From an uncultured Rickettsiales bacterium (GTDB lineage: Bacteria; Pseudomonadota; Alphaproteobacteria; Rickettsiales; JABIRX01): a DNA stretch of 40,033 nucleotides. Under the pieces are notes generated by a model that had not been told where the DNA came from, did no database searches, and was given only the letters and a program-made list of their open reading frames with translations. Below, piece after piece: positions 1 through 9,899 of the stretch. The stretch lies in contig CAXDRM010000003.1 in assembly GCA_963991775.1 (NCBI GenBank), positions 1 to 40,033 of the forward strand, written 5' to 3'. Position numbers and translations under genes: made by a program. Numbering within the stretch: position 1 is the stretch's first letter; the number at the start of each line of letters is the position of its first letter.

Positions 1-1471
1 GATTGCGGGCTGCACTGGTTTCATCGACGCGTCTGCGTGGTGTGGATAAAGGATAGTCCTTAAATTTTGTGCCCTCGCCTTTTTTGACATCTTCTGCAAT
101 AAATTTTAAAGCATTAATAAAACGATCTATTGTTGCCTTATTTTCAGTTTCAGTAGGCTCAATTAACATTGCACCCGCAACAGTTAAAGGAAAATACATA
201 GTCATAGGATGAAAGCCAAATTCTATAAGAGCTTTGGCAATATCCAAAGTGGTTATATCTGCAGCTTTATTTTGCAATTTATCACTTAATAAACATTCAT
301 GCATACAAAAGCCAGGATATGGCACATGATAATGCTCTTTTAAATTCTCTAAAATATAATTGGCACTAAGCACTGCATCTTTACTAACTTGAGCTAAGCC
401 ATTTGCACCATTAGATTTCATATAAGCAAGAGCTCTAACCATTAAAGTAAATTGCCCATAAAATGCTTTAATCTGACCAATAGAATTTTTACTATCACGA
501 ATTAAAGTAAATTTACCATCATCTAATTTTTTAGCATATGGCACTGGTAGAAATTCTGCTAAATCTTTGCTTACAGCTATTGGACCAACTCCAGGGCCAC
601 CACCACCATGAGGTGTAGAAAAAGTTTTATGCAAATTAAAATGCATTACATCAACTCCAAAATCTGCAGGTTTTACTGTACCCACAATAGCATTAAAATT
701 AGCACCATCACAATAAAAATAAGCTCCTATCTGATGAAGCGCATCTGCAATGCCAATTACCTCTTTTTCAAATTTTCCGCATGTATTAGGATTAGTAAGC
801 ATTATAGCAGCAATGTCATTACCATATTTTGCAATAGCTGCTTCTACATCAGTTAAATTACAAAAACCCTGCTCATTAGTTTTTAAAGTTATTACCTGAT
901 AACCACAAGCTACAGCCGTAGCAGGATTAGTACCATGTGCTGAATCAGGAATTAATACATATTTTCTAGGCTGCCCTTCTTTACTTAAGTGAGCCTGCTT
1001 GATTACCTTCATCCCAGTAAATTCACCATGTGCACCAGCTGCTGGATTTAAACTAACTGCACCCAAACCAGATAATTCTTTTAGCCAATTTTGCAATTCA
1101 TGCATTATCTCTAAAGCACCCTGCACTGTAGATTCAGCTTGCAAAGGATGAATATTATTAAAACCAGAAAATCTCGCCACACGCTCATTGATTCTAGGAT
1201 TATGCTTCATAGTGCATGAACCTAAAGGATAAAAGCCTGTATCAATCGAATAATTTTTTTGTGATAATCTGGTAAAATGCCTGATTACTTCTGGCTCAGT
1301 ATGAGCTGGTAATTTAAGCTCCTCTCTTTCTGCCTGTCCAGTTAGATTCTCAAAATCATCCAACTCTTCTAAATCAACACCACAAATATCTGCATCTGTA
1401 CGCCCATCACAAAGCAATTCAACATCAAAATTTAAGCCTACACCTTCACGGTAATTTAAAATTTCACTCAT
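1..1471 (-). CDS. gcvPB: Glycine dehydrogenase (decarboxylating) subunit 2, P-protein beta; 3' end runs off the window
   Basis: Not in the ORF track because it is truncated. ATG at 1471 overlaps the gcvPA TGA (ATGA). Manual translation gives MSEILNYREG...EVIRHFTRLSQKNYSIDTGFYPLGSCTMKHNP...NLHKTFSTPHGGGGPG (PLP lysine motif)...TPRRRVDETSAARN. Confidence 0.95.
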   Translation of the reverse strand, partial: MSEILNYREGVGLNFDVELLCDGRTDADICGVDLEELDDFENLTGQAEREELKLPAHTEPEVIRHFTRLSQKNYSIDTGFYPLGSCTMKHNPRINERVARFSGFNNIHPLQAESTVQGALEIMHELQNWLKELSGLGAVSLNPAAGAHGEFTGMKVIKQAHLSKEGQPRKYVLIPDSAHGTNPATAVACGYQVITLKTNEQGFCNLTDVEAAIAKYGNDIAAIMLTNPNTCGKFEKEVIGIADALHQIGAYFYCDGANFNAIVGTVKPADFGVDVMHFNLHKTFSTPHGGGGPGVGPIAVSKDLAEFLPVPYAKKLDDGKFTLIRDSKNSIGQIKAFYGQFTLMVRALAYMKSNGANGLAQVSKDAVLSANYILENLKEHYHVPYPGFCMHECLLSDKLQNKAADITTLDIAKALIEFGFHPMTMYFPLTVAGAMLIEPTETENKATIDRFINALKFIAEDVKKGEGTKFKDYPLSTPRRRVDETSAARN

Positions 1472-2733
1472 AAAATACCCTCTAAAGCTGTAGCATATTT
1501 AGCTATATCCTCTGCTGAGTTAAGCTCAGTAACATTAACTAAAATCTTATGTGGAGCAACTGCAATACCACCCATAATATCTTGCTCAAGCAAATTATCT
1601 AAAAGCTGCTGCGCTGGCAAAGCTGTTTCATAACAAAATTCATTAAAGAAATTTTGTTGCTCAATTTTGCAGGCAGCTATGTTACTAAGAGCCTTATATA
1701 ATTTTACTGCTTTATTATGGTTTAACTTAGCCAAATGCTTAAAACCATTTTTACCCAGTAATGACATATGAATAGTAAAAGCCACTGCATTTAAACCTTG
1801 ATTTGAACAAATATTAGAAGTGGCTTTATGCCTTCTGATATGTTGCTCTCTAGCATTCAAAGTTAAAACAAATGATTGCTTGCCCATACTATCTTTAGTT
1901 AGACCACAAATTCTACCCGGCATTTGTCTTACGAATTTTTCTTGGCAAGCAAAGTAACCTAAATGTGGTCCACCAAAATTTAAACCAACTCCTATTGATT
2001 GCGCATCGCCAACTACTATATCAGCTTGTACTGGCGCTGGTAACAAACCAAACGCAACAATCTCACTATTTACTACAATTAAATGCGCACTTGTCTCATC
2101 GCAAATTTTACGATATTTTTCTAGCTGAGCAATTTGCCCATGATAATCTGGCAACTGTACAATTATCGCAGATAATTCTTCATTTAATTCATCAGAAAAA
2201 CTTTCTGACTCAAAATAGCTTTTTAAAACATTACCATATTCTGGGTTAAGCTCATTAGCTATATGAAATTTTTGACGTTTTTTATGTACTCTTTGTGACA
2301 TCTGCACCGCTTCAACTAAAGCTGTAGCACCATCATACATAGAAGCATTAGCAACCGGCATACCAGTAATAGTACAAATGATACTCTGAAATTCAAAAAT
2401 TACAGTTAAAGTACCTTGAGAAATTTCAGGTTGATAAGGCGTATATGAAGTTAAGAATTCTGCTCTTTGAATAATATGATCTACCGAAGCAGGAATATAA
2501 TGACGATAGCAACCTCCTCCTAAGAAAAAACTAACCTTATCAGCACTAGTATTTTTATTAGCTAACTCTCTAAAATATTTATAAACCTCTTGCTCGGTAA
2601 GGCCATTAGGTAAATTAAATTTACCATTTTTTGCTTCATTTGGTACATCAATAAATAGATCTTCTTGACCTGAAACCCCAACAGTTTCAAGCATCTTTTT
2701 ACGATCAGCTGCATTTAAGGCTAAATATCTCAC
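1468..2733 (-). CDS. gcvPA: Glycine dehydrogenase (decarboxylating) subunit 1, P-protein alpha
   Basis: Motifs FLTSYTPYQPEISQGTL, NASMYDGATA, REQHIRRHKATSNICSNQ; lies in the gcvT-gcvH-gcvPA-gcvPB order; GTG start. Confidence 0.96.
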   Translation of the reverse strand: MRYLALNAADRKKMLETVGVSGQEDLFIDVPNEAKNGKFNLPNGLTEQEVYKYFRELANKNTSADKVSFFLGGGCYRHYIPASVDHIIQRAEFLTSYTPYQPEISQGTLTVIFEFQSIICTITGMPVANASMYDGATALVEAVQMSQRVHKKRQKFHIANELNPEYGNVLKSYFESESFSDELNEELSAIIVQLPDYHGQIAQLEKYRKICDETSAHLIVVNSEIVAFGLLPAPVQADIVVGDAQSIGVGLNFGGPHLGYFACQEKFVRQMPGRICGLTKDSMGKQSFVLTLNAREQHIRRHKATSNICSNQGLNAVAFTIHMSLLGKNGFKHLAKLNHNKAVKLYKALSNIAACKIEQQNFFNEFCYETALPAQQLLDNLLEQDIMGGIAVAPHKILVNVTELNSAEDIAKYATALEGIL

Positions 2734-2739
2734 TCGCTT

Positions 2740-3141
2740 TTATTCCTCATCTAAGAAATGAGAATATCCATCTGGACTAAGTAAATTATCAAGTTCATCT
2801 GGGTCTTCCATCTCTAGCTTTATCATCCAACCTTCTGCATAAGGAGCTTCATTGACCTTTTCAGGATGTAAATCTAGGTTAGTATTAACTTCTACTATTG
2901 TGCCTGTTAGTGGAGCATAAATTTCACTAGCAGATTTAGCAGACTCAACAACACCCATTTCATCATCAATCTCAAATTTGGTACCAACATCTGGCAATTC
3001 AGTATGAACAATGTCACCCAAAGCTTTTTGTGCATGATCTGTTATACCGATAATTACATTATTATCGTTTTTTTCATCACGCCTGATCCATTCATGCTCT
3101 TTAGTATATCTTAAACCTTCGGGTATATTGTAATCACTCAT
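2740..3141 (-). CDS. gcvH: Glycine cleavage system H protein
   Basis: YTKEHEWI, GITDHAQKALGDIV, lipoyl-lysine motif VESAKSASEI, PYAEGW. Confidence 0.97.
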   Translation of the reverse strand: MSDYNIPEGLRYTKEHEWIRRDEKNDNNVIIGITDHAQKALGDIVHTELPDVGTKFEIDDEMGVVESAKSASEIYAPLTGTIVEVNTNLDLHPEKVNEAPYAEGWMIKLEMEDPDELDNLLSPDGYSHFLDEE

Positions 3142-3205
3142 AACATTACCATATTGTTGGAAATATCTATATATAGTCTTGAAATTATTAGCAAATAAAA
3201 ATTTT

Positions 3206-4303
3206 TTAATTTTTCACTGACGGGTCCAATTGCTTTAAAGGAGTAATTTCTGCAGCCTTTAAATTGTTACGCACTTTGATAAAAATCTTAGTATGTTTTT
3301 TCGCATAAGCTATATCTATACAGGCTTGACCGATAGCATATTCAAGCGATGGTGAAAAGCCTCCACTAGTAACTACACCTATTCTTTGCTGTTGCTCATT
3401 AACAATTTCCATATGTTGGCGCGCAATACCTTTATCAAGTAATTTAAAACCTACTCTTCTTTGCGTAATTTCTGTTTTAAGATTATTTTTACCAATAAAT
3501 TCTTCACTGCTAGTAATAATCCATTTTAGAGTTGCTTCGCTTAGATTAACTTGCTTGCTTAAATCATTACCATATAAAGGATAACCCATTTCTAAACGCA
3601 GACTATCTCTAGCTGCTAAACCTATTGGTTTAACTACGGATTCTGCAAGAATATCTAACCATAATTTTTCTGCTGCTTGATTTGGCACTGAAATTTCAAA
3701 ACCATCCTCACCAGTATAACCAGTCCTGGTTACATAAAGCTTACTATCATAATAATTAGCTGCAGCTATGGACATATAATCTAAAGCTGTAAGATTTTGC
3801 TCTGGTAAAATTTTAGTTAAGGTTGCGGCAGCTTGTGGCCCTTGCAAAGCAAGCAAAGATCTATCAGCTAAATAGTTAATTTCTAAATTATAATTAGCAG
3901 CATGCTGTTCTAGCCAAGCAAGATCTTCATGCTTATTAGAAGCATTCACTACTAATAAAAACTGATCTTGAGAAATACGATTAATAATTAAATCATCAAT
4001 TATTGTAGCCTCTTCAGTAAGTAAAACTGTATAAGCAGCTTTAGCTACAGGCAGATCAATAATATTAGTCGGAGTTACTATAGAAAGAAATTTGGCTGCT
4101 TGCTCACCTGTGATTTTAATCTGCCCCATATGAGAGACATCAAATAAACCAGCAGAAGCTCTAACTTGTTTATGCTCAGCGATTAAACCCTCAGGATAAG
4201 TAATTGGCATTTCATAACCAGCAAATTCAACTATTTTTGCAGCTAATTTTTGATGTTGGTTAAAAAGCTTAGTTTGGCTTAAAGTTGATTTATCGCTATC
4301 CAT
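3206..4303 (-). CDS. gcvT: Glycine cleavage system aminomethyltransferase T
   Basis: GLFDVSHMG, TRTGYTGEDGFE, ARDSLRLEMGYPLYG motifs. Confidence 0.97.
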   Translation of the reverse strand: MDSDKSTLSQTKLFNQHQKLAAKIVEFAGYEMPITYPEGLIAEHKQVRASAGLFDVSHMGQIKITGEQAAKFLSIVTPTNIIDLPVAKAAYTVLLTEEATIIDDLIINRISQDQFLLVVNASNKHEDLAWLEQHAANYNLEINYLADRSLLALQGPQAAATLTKILPEQNLTALDYMSIAAANYYDSKLYVTRTGYTGEDGFEISVPNQAAEKLWLDILAESVVKPIGLAARDSLRLEMGYPLYGNDLSKQVNLSEATLKWIITSSEEFIGKNNLKTEITQRRVGFKLLDKGIARQHMEIVNEQQQRIGVVTSGGFSPSLEYAIGQACIDIAYAKKHTKIFIKVRNNLKAAEITPLKQLDPSVKN

Positions 4304-4319
4304 AATCCTATAAAACTAA

Positions 4320-4386
4320 TATACCGTAGATGAATGACTAGGAGAAATTATTGCGAGGAGCGGATCGTACCTATAAGTATTTGAGC
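4320..4386 (+). repeat. Truncated RPE-like (Rickettsia palindromic element-like) repeat fragment
   Basis: TATACCGTAGATGAAT...AGGAG...GCGAGGAGCGGATCGTAC-CTATAA-GTATTTGAGC shares the CGGAGCGTAC...GTAYGTGAG core seen at 18527-18551, 18806-18830 and (reversed) 19104-19130. Resemblance to Rickettsia RPEs is from memory, not from an alignment. Confidence 0.6.
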
Positions 4387-4393
4387 TATTAAT

Positions 4394-4487
4394 CCGGTTC
4401 TCGAGCGCCGTACTGAGCAGAACATATTTTTAGTTGCTAACAACTCAAGCGGCCCTTCGGTACACGCCTGCGGCGCACTCAGGAACC
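4394..4487. repeat. Bipartite REP-like pair: short reverse copy (4394-4417) plus forward copy (4451-4487)
   Basis: CCGGTTCTCGAG-CGCC-GTACTGAG, then ACTCAAGC-GGCCCTTCGGTACA-CGCC-TGC-GGCG-CACTCAGGAACC; same layout as 29423-29520. Confidence 0.8.
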
Positions 4488-4494
4488 TAACTAG

Positions 4495-6783
4495 CTACCA
4501 GAAGAACCCTTTTTTCTTCTTCTTAGGCTTATCCACACCATCATCCTTAGACTGCTCATCTCTAGCAGGTTTTCTTGATTTATTATTGTTATTATGATGA
4601 GGTTTCTTACCGCCAGATCTGTTGCCACCATTTTTGCGACTATCATTAGCTGGAGCAGATTTTGGCTTACTAGAAGATTTAGCACCTGCTTTCTTTTTAG
4701 GAAGCTCGTCATTAATAGCTTTATAGCTTAAACGTAATTTATCACCATCACGACCAACTACTTTAAAGTTTAATACATCTCCTTCTGCAAAATAATCAGC
4801 CACAGAATTAAGACGCTCATCAGAAAATTCACTAATATGAATTAAGCCTGAAGCATTTTTCATAAAGCCAACAAAAGCACCATAATCAGTAATTTTTTGT
4901 ACTGTACCTTCATAAGTTTGACCAATTTCAGGCTCAGCGACAATATCATTGATTTCACCTAATGCGATATCAGCTGATGCTTTATCTGGAGCACAGATTT
5001 TAACCTCACCACTATCTTCAATAGAGATTTTAGCGCCAGAATCTTCACAGATTTTTTTGATTACTTTACCACCTTGGCCAATAACTTCTCTAATGTATTT
5101 TTCTTTAATCTTAAGTGAAGTCATTACTGGAGCAGAATCATTTAGATTTTGATTCGCTGTTTCTAAAGTCTTAGCCATTTCACCAAGAATATGCAATCTA
5201 CCAGCATTAGCTTGTTTTAAAGCTTCTTCAAAAATAGCAAAAGTTAAACCTTTAATTTTTATATCCATTTGTAAAGCAGTAACACCATCTTTGGTACCAG
5301 CTACTTTAAAATCCATATCACCAAGATGATCCTCATCACCCATAATATCAGAAAGTACCGCATATTTATCGCCTTCTTTAACAAGACCCATTGCAATACC
5401 AGATACTGGTTGTTTAATTGGCACACCTGCATGCATCAATGCTAAAGATGAAGAACATACTGAAGCCATTGAAGATGAACCGTTAGATTCAGTAATTTCA
5501 GATACAACTCTTATAGTGTAAGGAAATTCTTCTTTACTTGGCACTACATATTCTACAGCTTTTTTAGCCAATTTACCATGGCCGATTTCTCTACGACCAG
5601 GTGCTCTAAGCATACCAACTTCACCAACTGAATATGGTGGGAAGTTATAATGAAACATAAAACCTTCTTTGCTTACACCATCTAAAGAATCAATCATTTG
5701 CTCATCATCGTCACTACCTAAAGTAACTACACCAAGTGATTGAGTCTCACCACGAGTAAATAAAGCAGAACCATGCGTACGTGGGAAGATATTAACTTCT
5801 GAAGTAATTGGACGAACTTCATCTAATTTACGACCATCTATTCTACCACCAGCAAGAACTTTAGCTCTAACTAAGTCTTTTTCTAAGCTGCTGATAACTT
5901 TATCTAATTCAGCTGCATTGCTTGATTCTTCAGTCTCAACTAAATTTTCTTCTTTAATTTTTTGTTTAAGTTCACCAACAGTAGAATATCTTTCTTGTTT
6001 TTGCTTGATATTATAAGCGTCATTAAAAGCTTTAGCATATTTCTTTTCTAATGCTTTGTAAGTTTTACTATAGTCAGTTTCAGCAACCTCCCATTTTTCT
6101 TTTCCAGCTTCTTTAACAAAATCTTTAAGCAATTTAATAACTGGCTGAATATTATCTAAACCAAATTTTACCGCTTCAAGCATTTTTTCTTCACTAAGCT
6201 CATGCGCCTCAGATTCAACCATTAATACTGAATCTTCACTACCTGCGATAGTCAAATCAAGCTGTGATTCGGGTAATTCTTGAATGGTTGGATTAAGAAT
6301 AAAACCACTATCATTATAACCAACTTTAATACCTGCAATCGGCCCTAAAAATGGTACTTCAGAAATTTCTAGAGCAGCACTTGCACCAATTAATGCTAAA
6401 ATATCTGCATCATTTTCTTTATCATAAGAAAGTACTGTGCAAATAATTTGCGTTTCATTTTTATAATTTTCTGGAAACATTGGTCTGATTGGACGATCAA
6501 TCAAACGTGAAGTTAAAGTTTCTTTTTCTGATAAACGTCCCTCTCTTTTGAAAAAACCGCCAGGAATTTTACCAGCAGCATAAGTTTTTTCTTGATAATT
6601 TACTGTAAGTGGAAAGAAATCGATTCCTTCTTTGGCTTCTTTAGCAGCAGTTGCAGTACATAATACTGAAGTTTCGCCATATGATGCTAAAACTGCACCA
6701 TTTGCTTGTCTTGCTATCCTACCAGTTTCTAATGTTAGTGTTCTGCCGCCCCATTCAATCTCTTTTTTTACAATATTAAACAT
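4495..6783 (-). CDS. pnp: Polyribonucleotide nucleotidyltransferase (PNPase) with a long basic C-terminal tail
   Basis: GKIPGGFFKREG, RREIGHG, SNGSSSMAS, GDMDFKVAG, KH and S1 domains; directly follows rpsO. Confidence 0.98.
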   Translation of the reverse strand: MFNIVKKEIEWGGRTLTLETGRIARQANGAVLASYGETSVLCTATAAKEAKEGIDFFPLTVNYQEKTYAAGKIPGGFFKREGRLSEKETLTSRLIDRPIRPMFPENYKNETQIICTVLSYDKENDADILALIGASAALEISEVPFLGPIAGIKVGYNDSGFILNPTIQELPESQLDLTIAGSEDSVLMVESEAHELSEEKMLEAVKFGLDNIQPVIKLLKDFVKEAGKEKWEVAETDYSKTYKALEKKYAKAFNDAYNIKQKQERYSTVGELKQKIKEENLVETEESSNAAELDKVISSLEKDLVRAKVLAGGRIDGRKLDEVRPITSEVNIFPRTHGSALFTRGETQSLGVVTLGSDDDEQMIDSLDGVSKEGFMFHYNFPPYSVGEVGMLRAPGRREIGHGKLAKKAVEYVVPSKEEFPYTIRVVSEITESNGSSSMASVCSSSLALMHAGVPIKQPVSGIAMGLVKEGDKYAVLSDIMGDEDHLGDMDFKVAGTKDGVTALQMDIKIKGLTFAIFEEALKQANAGRLHILGEMAKTLETANQNLNDSAPVMTSLKIKEKYIREVIGQGGKVIKKICEDSGAKISIEDSGEVKICAPDKASADIALGEINDIVAEPEIGQTYEGTVQKITDYGAFVGFMKNASGLIHISEFSDERLNSVADYFAEGDVLNFKVVGRDGDKLRLSYKAINDELPKKKAGAKSSSKPKSAPANDSRKNGGNRSGGKKPHHNNNNKSRKPARDEQSKDDGVDKPKKKKKGFFW

Positions 6784-6788
6784 AAATT

Positions 6789-7058
6789 TTATTTTCTGAT
6801 ACCTAATGATTTAATTAAATCTAAATAACGCTGATTATCTTTCTTTTTAACATAGCCTAACAATCTTTTTCTTTGTCCAATCAGCATTAATAGACCTCTT
6901 CTTGAGTGAAAGTCTTTTTTATGAGCTTTAAAATGCTCAGTTAAGCTAGCTATACGCTCTGTTAAAATTGCACATTGCACTTCAGGAGAACCTGTATCTC
7001 CATCTTTAACAGCAAATTTTTTTATAAGTTCTTGTTTTTTTGCTTTTTTAATCGACAT
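6789..7058 (-). CDS. rpsO: 30S ribosomal protein S15
   Basis: [13 protein letters not shown]...[12 protein letters not shown]; 89 aa; between truB and pnp. Confidence 0.98.
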   Translation of the reverse strand: MSIKKAKKQELIKKFAVKDGDTGSPEVQCAILTERIASLTEHFKAHKKDFHSRRGLLMLIGQRKRLLGYVKKKDNQRYLDLIKSLGIRK

Positions 7059-7061
7059 AAT

Positions 7062-7940
7062 TTACTTATTATCCAATAGTTTTAAAGGCTTAATATAAGC
7101 TTCTTTGATTAACAACACAGCAAAGAATTTGCTGCAAAGTTTGGCCTTTATAACTTGGTTAATGCTAAATGGCAAATCATTTCTATAGAGCTTTGTGCCG
7201 TGCTTTAGTAGCTTGGCACTATGCTCACTAAAACTCATACTATCTAAATTTGTTAAGATTTTATCAGCTTCATAAATATAGCTCTCTAATTCAGTAAGCG
7301 ATATACTCTCTAAAGCCTTACTTGATAATAATTTAGCCCCTTGCGGTTGCGCATTTTCAGTACGGCGCAAAAATACTACATGACCACAACAATCAAGCTC
7401 TGCACAAATATCTCTAGCTAAAGCACGTATATAGGTACCTTTGCTACATGTAACATTAAAGCGCGCTATATCTTGGTTAAATTCAAGCAACTCTAAAGAA
7501 TAAATCTCTATAGGGCGCGGCTTTAATTCTACCTCTTCACCAGCTCTAGCATATTTATAAGCAGCTTTCCCTGCTACTTTCAGTGCAGAAAAAATTGGTG
7601 GCTGCTGCAATTGCTTGCCGGTAAATTTTTTAATTATGTTACTCAGCTGCTCTTGATTTGGACAAGCGCTAGATTCCTTTACCACCTCACCTGTAAGATC
7701 AAGACTATCTGTGTTGGCTCCAAATTTAATAGTGAATATATAGCCTTTACGACTAGATTGAACATATTCAATAAGTCGCGTCGCCTTACCAAGAGCAATC
7801 GGCAAAACACCTTCAGCAAAAGGATCCAACGTACCAGTATGACCAGATTTTAAACCAGTAAGACGCTTTAATTTTTTAACAATCTGAAACGAGCTAGGTC
7901 CTGATGCTTTATCAATAAAAATAAAGCCTGGTTTTAACAT
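7062..7940 (-). CDS. truB: tRNA pseudouridine(55) synthase
   Basis: GHTGTLDPFAEGVL, PPIFSALK, CSKGTYIRALARD motifs. Confidence 0.95.
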   Translation of the reverse strand: MLKPGFIFIDKASGPSSFQIVKKLKRLTGLKSGHTGTLDPFAEGVLPIALGKATRLIEYVQSSRKGYIFTIKFGANTDSLDLTGEVVKESSACPNQEQLSNIIKKFTGKQLQQPPIFSALKVAGKAAYKYARAGEEVELKPRPIEIYSLELLEFNQDIARFNVTCSKGTYIRALARDICAELDCCGHVVFLRRTENAQPQGAKLLSSKALESISLTELESYIYEADKILTNLDSMSFSEHSAKLLKHGTKLYRNDLPFSINQVIKAKLCSKFFAVLLIKEAYIKPLKLLDNK

Positions 7941-7941
7941 G

Positions 7942-9228
7942 CTAACTTTTTCTTATAGTAATGGCACGAGCATGGCACTCTAGACCTTCTTCTAAAGCTA
8001 AAATTTCTGCTGTATCTGCAATATTAGCAAAAGCCTCTTTTGAGCAATCAATCACTGAGCTACGCCTTAAAAAATCTAAAATAGATAATCCAGAAGAAAA
8101 TTTAGCCGTACCTGAAGTTGGTAAAACATGACTTGGACCAGCCAAATAATCTCCTACAGATTCAGTAGTATATTTACCTAAAAATAATGCACCTGCTGTG
8201 GTAATATGTGGTACATAAGATTCTGGATCTTTAGCAATGATTTCTAAATGTTCAGGCGCAATTTTATTAGCTAATAAAACGCCCTGCTTCGCTAAATCAT
8301 TTACTACAAAAATACGCGCATTATTTTTCCAACTAGTGGCAGTAATATCTTGGCGATCTAAACTAGGTAGAATCATCTCTACTGCCGCTATCACTTGCTC
8401 AGCAAGAGCTTTAGAATCTGTAATTAAAAAAGCTTTAGCAGCTTTATCATGTTCTGCCTGCGACAATAAATCATAGGCAACATGCTGAACACTAGCACTA
8501 TTATCAGCTAGAACTAAAATTTCAGATGGTCCAGCAATTGAATCAATACCTACTTCACCATAAAGTAATTTTTTAGCAGTAGCTACATAAGCATTACCCG
8601 GCCCCACAATTTTTACGACAGGCTCCACAGATTCTGTGCCATGTGCAAATGCAGCAACTGCTTGCGCACCACCAATTTTATAAATATCTGTTATCCCGCA
8701 CAGCTCAGCAGCTGCCAAAACTGCTTTAGAATATTTACCGCCTGGGCAAGGCATCGCAATTTGCACCTGCTTAACTCCAGCAATTTGTGCTATAGTTGCA
8801 GTCATTAATACTGAACTTGGATAAGCTGCCAAACCACCTGGCACATAAATACCTACTGATTCTAAAGGATACCAACGCCAACCAACTTCCAGACCATCTT
8901 CATCTTTAAAACGTATATTTTTAGGTAATTGTTTTTTGTGATATGTTGCAATTCTTTGCTGAGCTTTTTTTAAAGCATTATAAAGTTTAGGATTTAAATC
9001 TAAGGCAGCTTGTTTAATTTCTGATTTAGTAAATTTTATCGGGTTTTTACCTAAATCATAATCATCAAATTTTTTGCTGTAGGAAAACAAAGCCTTATCA
9101 CCAAGCTTTTTTATATCAGTGATAATTTTTTGCACCTTAGTGACAATTTCCTGATCATTAACCGCATCATTATTATTAAAATTTAGCTGATCAAGATTTA
9201 AATCTTTAAAATATTCAATTTGTGGCAT
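7942..9228 (-). CDS. hisD: Histidinol dehydrogenase
   Basis: GIYVPGGLAAYPSS, GPGNAYV, IAGPSE, QAEHD, APEHLE, GPSHVLPT. Confidence 0.97.
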   Translation of the reverse strand: MPQIEYFKDLNLDQLNFNNNDAVNDQEIVTKVQKIITDIKKLGDKALFSYSKKFDDYDLGKNPIKFTKSEIKQAALDLNPKLYNALKKAQQRIATYHKKQLPKNIRFKDEDGLEVGWRWYPLESVGIYVPGGLAAYPSSVLMTATIAQIAGVKQVQIAMPCPGGKYSKAVLAAAELCGITDIYKIGGAQAVAAFAHGTESVEPVVKIVGPGNAYVATAKKLLYGEVGIDSIAGPSEILVLADNSASVQHVAYDLLSQAEHDKAAKAFLITDSKALAEQVIAAVEMILPSLDRQDITATSWKNNARIFVVNDLAKQGVLLANKIAPEHLEIIAKDPESYVPHITTAGALFLGKYTTESVGDYLAGPSHVLPTSGTAKFSSGLSILDFLRRSSVIDCSKEAFANIADTAEILALEEGLECHARAITIRKS

Positions 9229-9868
9229 CGATAAATAAATTTAATATTTGTGAAATTTGTGAGTTTCTCACGGCAAAGCTTGAACGATTAATTACCAGCT
9301 TTGACGATACTTTGCTGATGCTACAAAATTCTTGTAGACCATTTTCTTTTAAAGTGTTTCCTGTGCTTACTAAATCAACAATATAATCGCATAGCCCCAT
9401 TTGTGTAGCAAGCTCAATTGCACCATTTAGTTTAATAATATCAGCTCTGATCGCTCGGCTTGCAAAAAACTCTTTGGTAAGATTAGGATATTTTGTGGCA
9501 ACCTTGGTTTCTTCTTGTAATAAAGGATCGCTCATTTCTTGATTACCTGCAATACTTAAACGACATTTACCAATTTCAAGATCTAAAAACTCATAGAGAT
9601 TTTTATAAGCAAATTCGTCAATTACATCTGAACCGCAAATACCAAAATCAGCAGCACCATAAGCCACAAAAGTAGCAGCATCATAGCTACGACATTTAAT
9701 GACTTTTAAAAAATCAAAATTGGTAGCAAATTTTAATTTACGTGAATCGCCATAAAAATCATCTTCTAACTTAATACCGGCCTTATCCAGAAGCTTTACC
9801 AGCTGATCTAAGATACGACCTTTCGGTATGGCCATGATTACTTCTTGCGACAAATTATTATTGGGCAT
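9215..9868 (-). CDS. hisG: ATP phosphoribosyltransferase, short form (normally needs HisZ)
   Basis: AIPKGR, VATKYP, IVDLVSTGNTLKENGL; 217 aa, lacks the C-terminal regulatory domain. Confidence 0.95.
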   Translation of the reverse strand: MPNNNLSQEVIMAIPKGRILDQLVKLLDKAGIKLEDDFYGDSRKLKFATNFDFLKVIKCRSYDAATFVAYGAADFGICGSDVIDEFAYKNLYEFLDLEIGKCRLSIAGNQEMSDPLLQEETKVATKYPNLTKEFFASRAIRADIIKLNGAIELATQMGLCDYIVDLVSTGNTLKENGLQEFCSISKVSSKLVINRSSFAVRNSQISQILNLFIDATN

Positions 9869-9899
9869 TTTTTACTATTGGTTAAAGTTTTAAATTAAC

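Noticed and set aside
608-856. 82-aa plus-strand ORF, and similar short track ORFs at 1965, 4491, 4949, 7611, 8237, 9493, 17758, 17989, 21357, 23306, 23398, 24131, 25346, 27934, 28229, 35211, 38167 and 38984
   Set aside because: Shadow ORFs overlapping well-supported genes on the opposite strand or in another frame.
4394-4490. Glycine riboswitch upstream of gcvT (minus strand contains CCGAAGG and CTCAG)
   Set aside because: No GGAGA start motif or tandem aptamer layout, and these words are explained by the REP-like repeat found elsewhere in the window. An Rfam scan would settle it.
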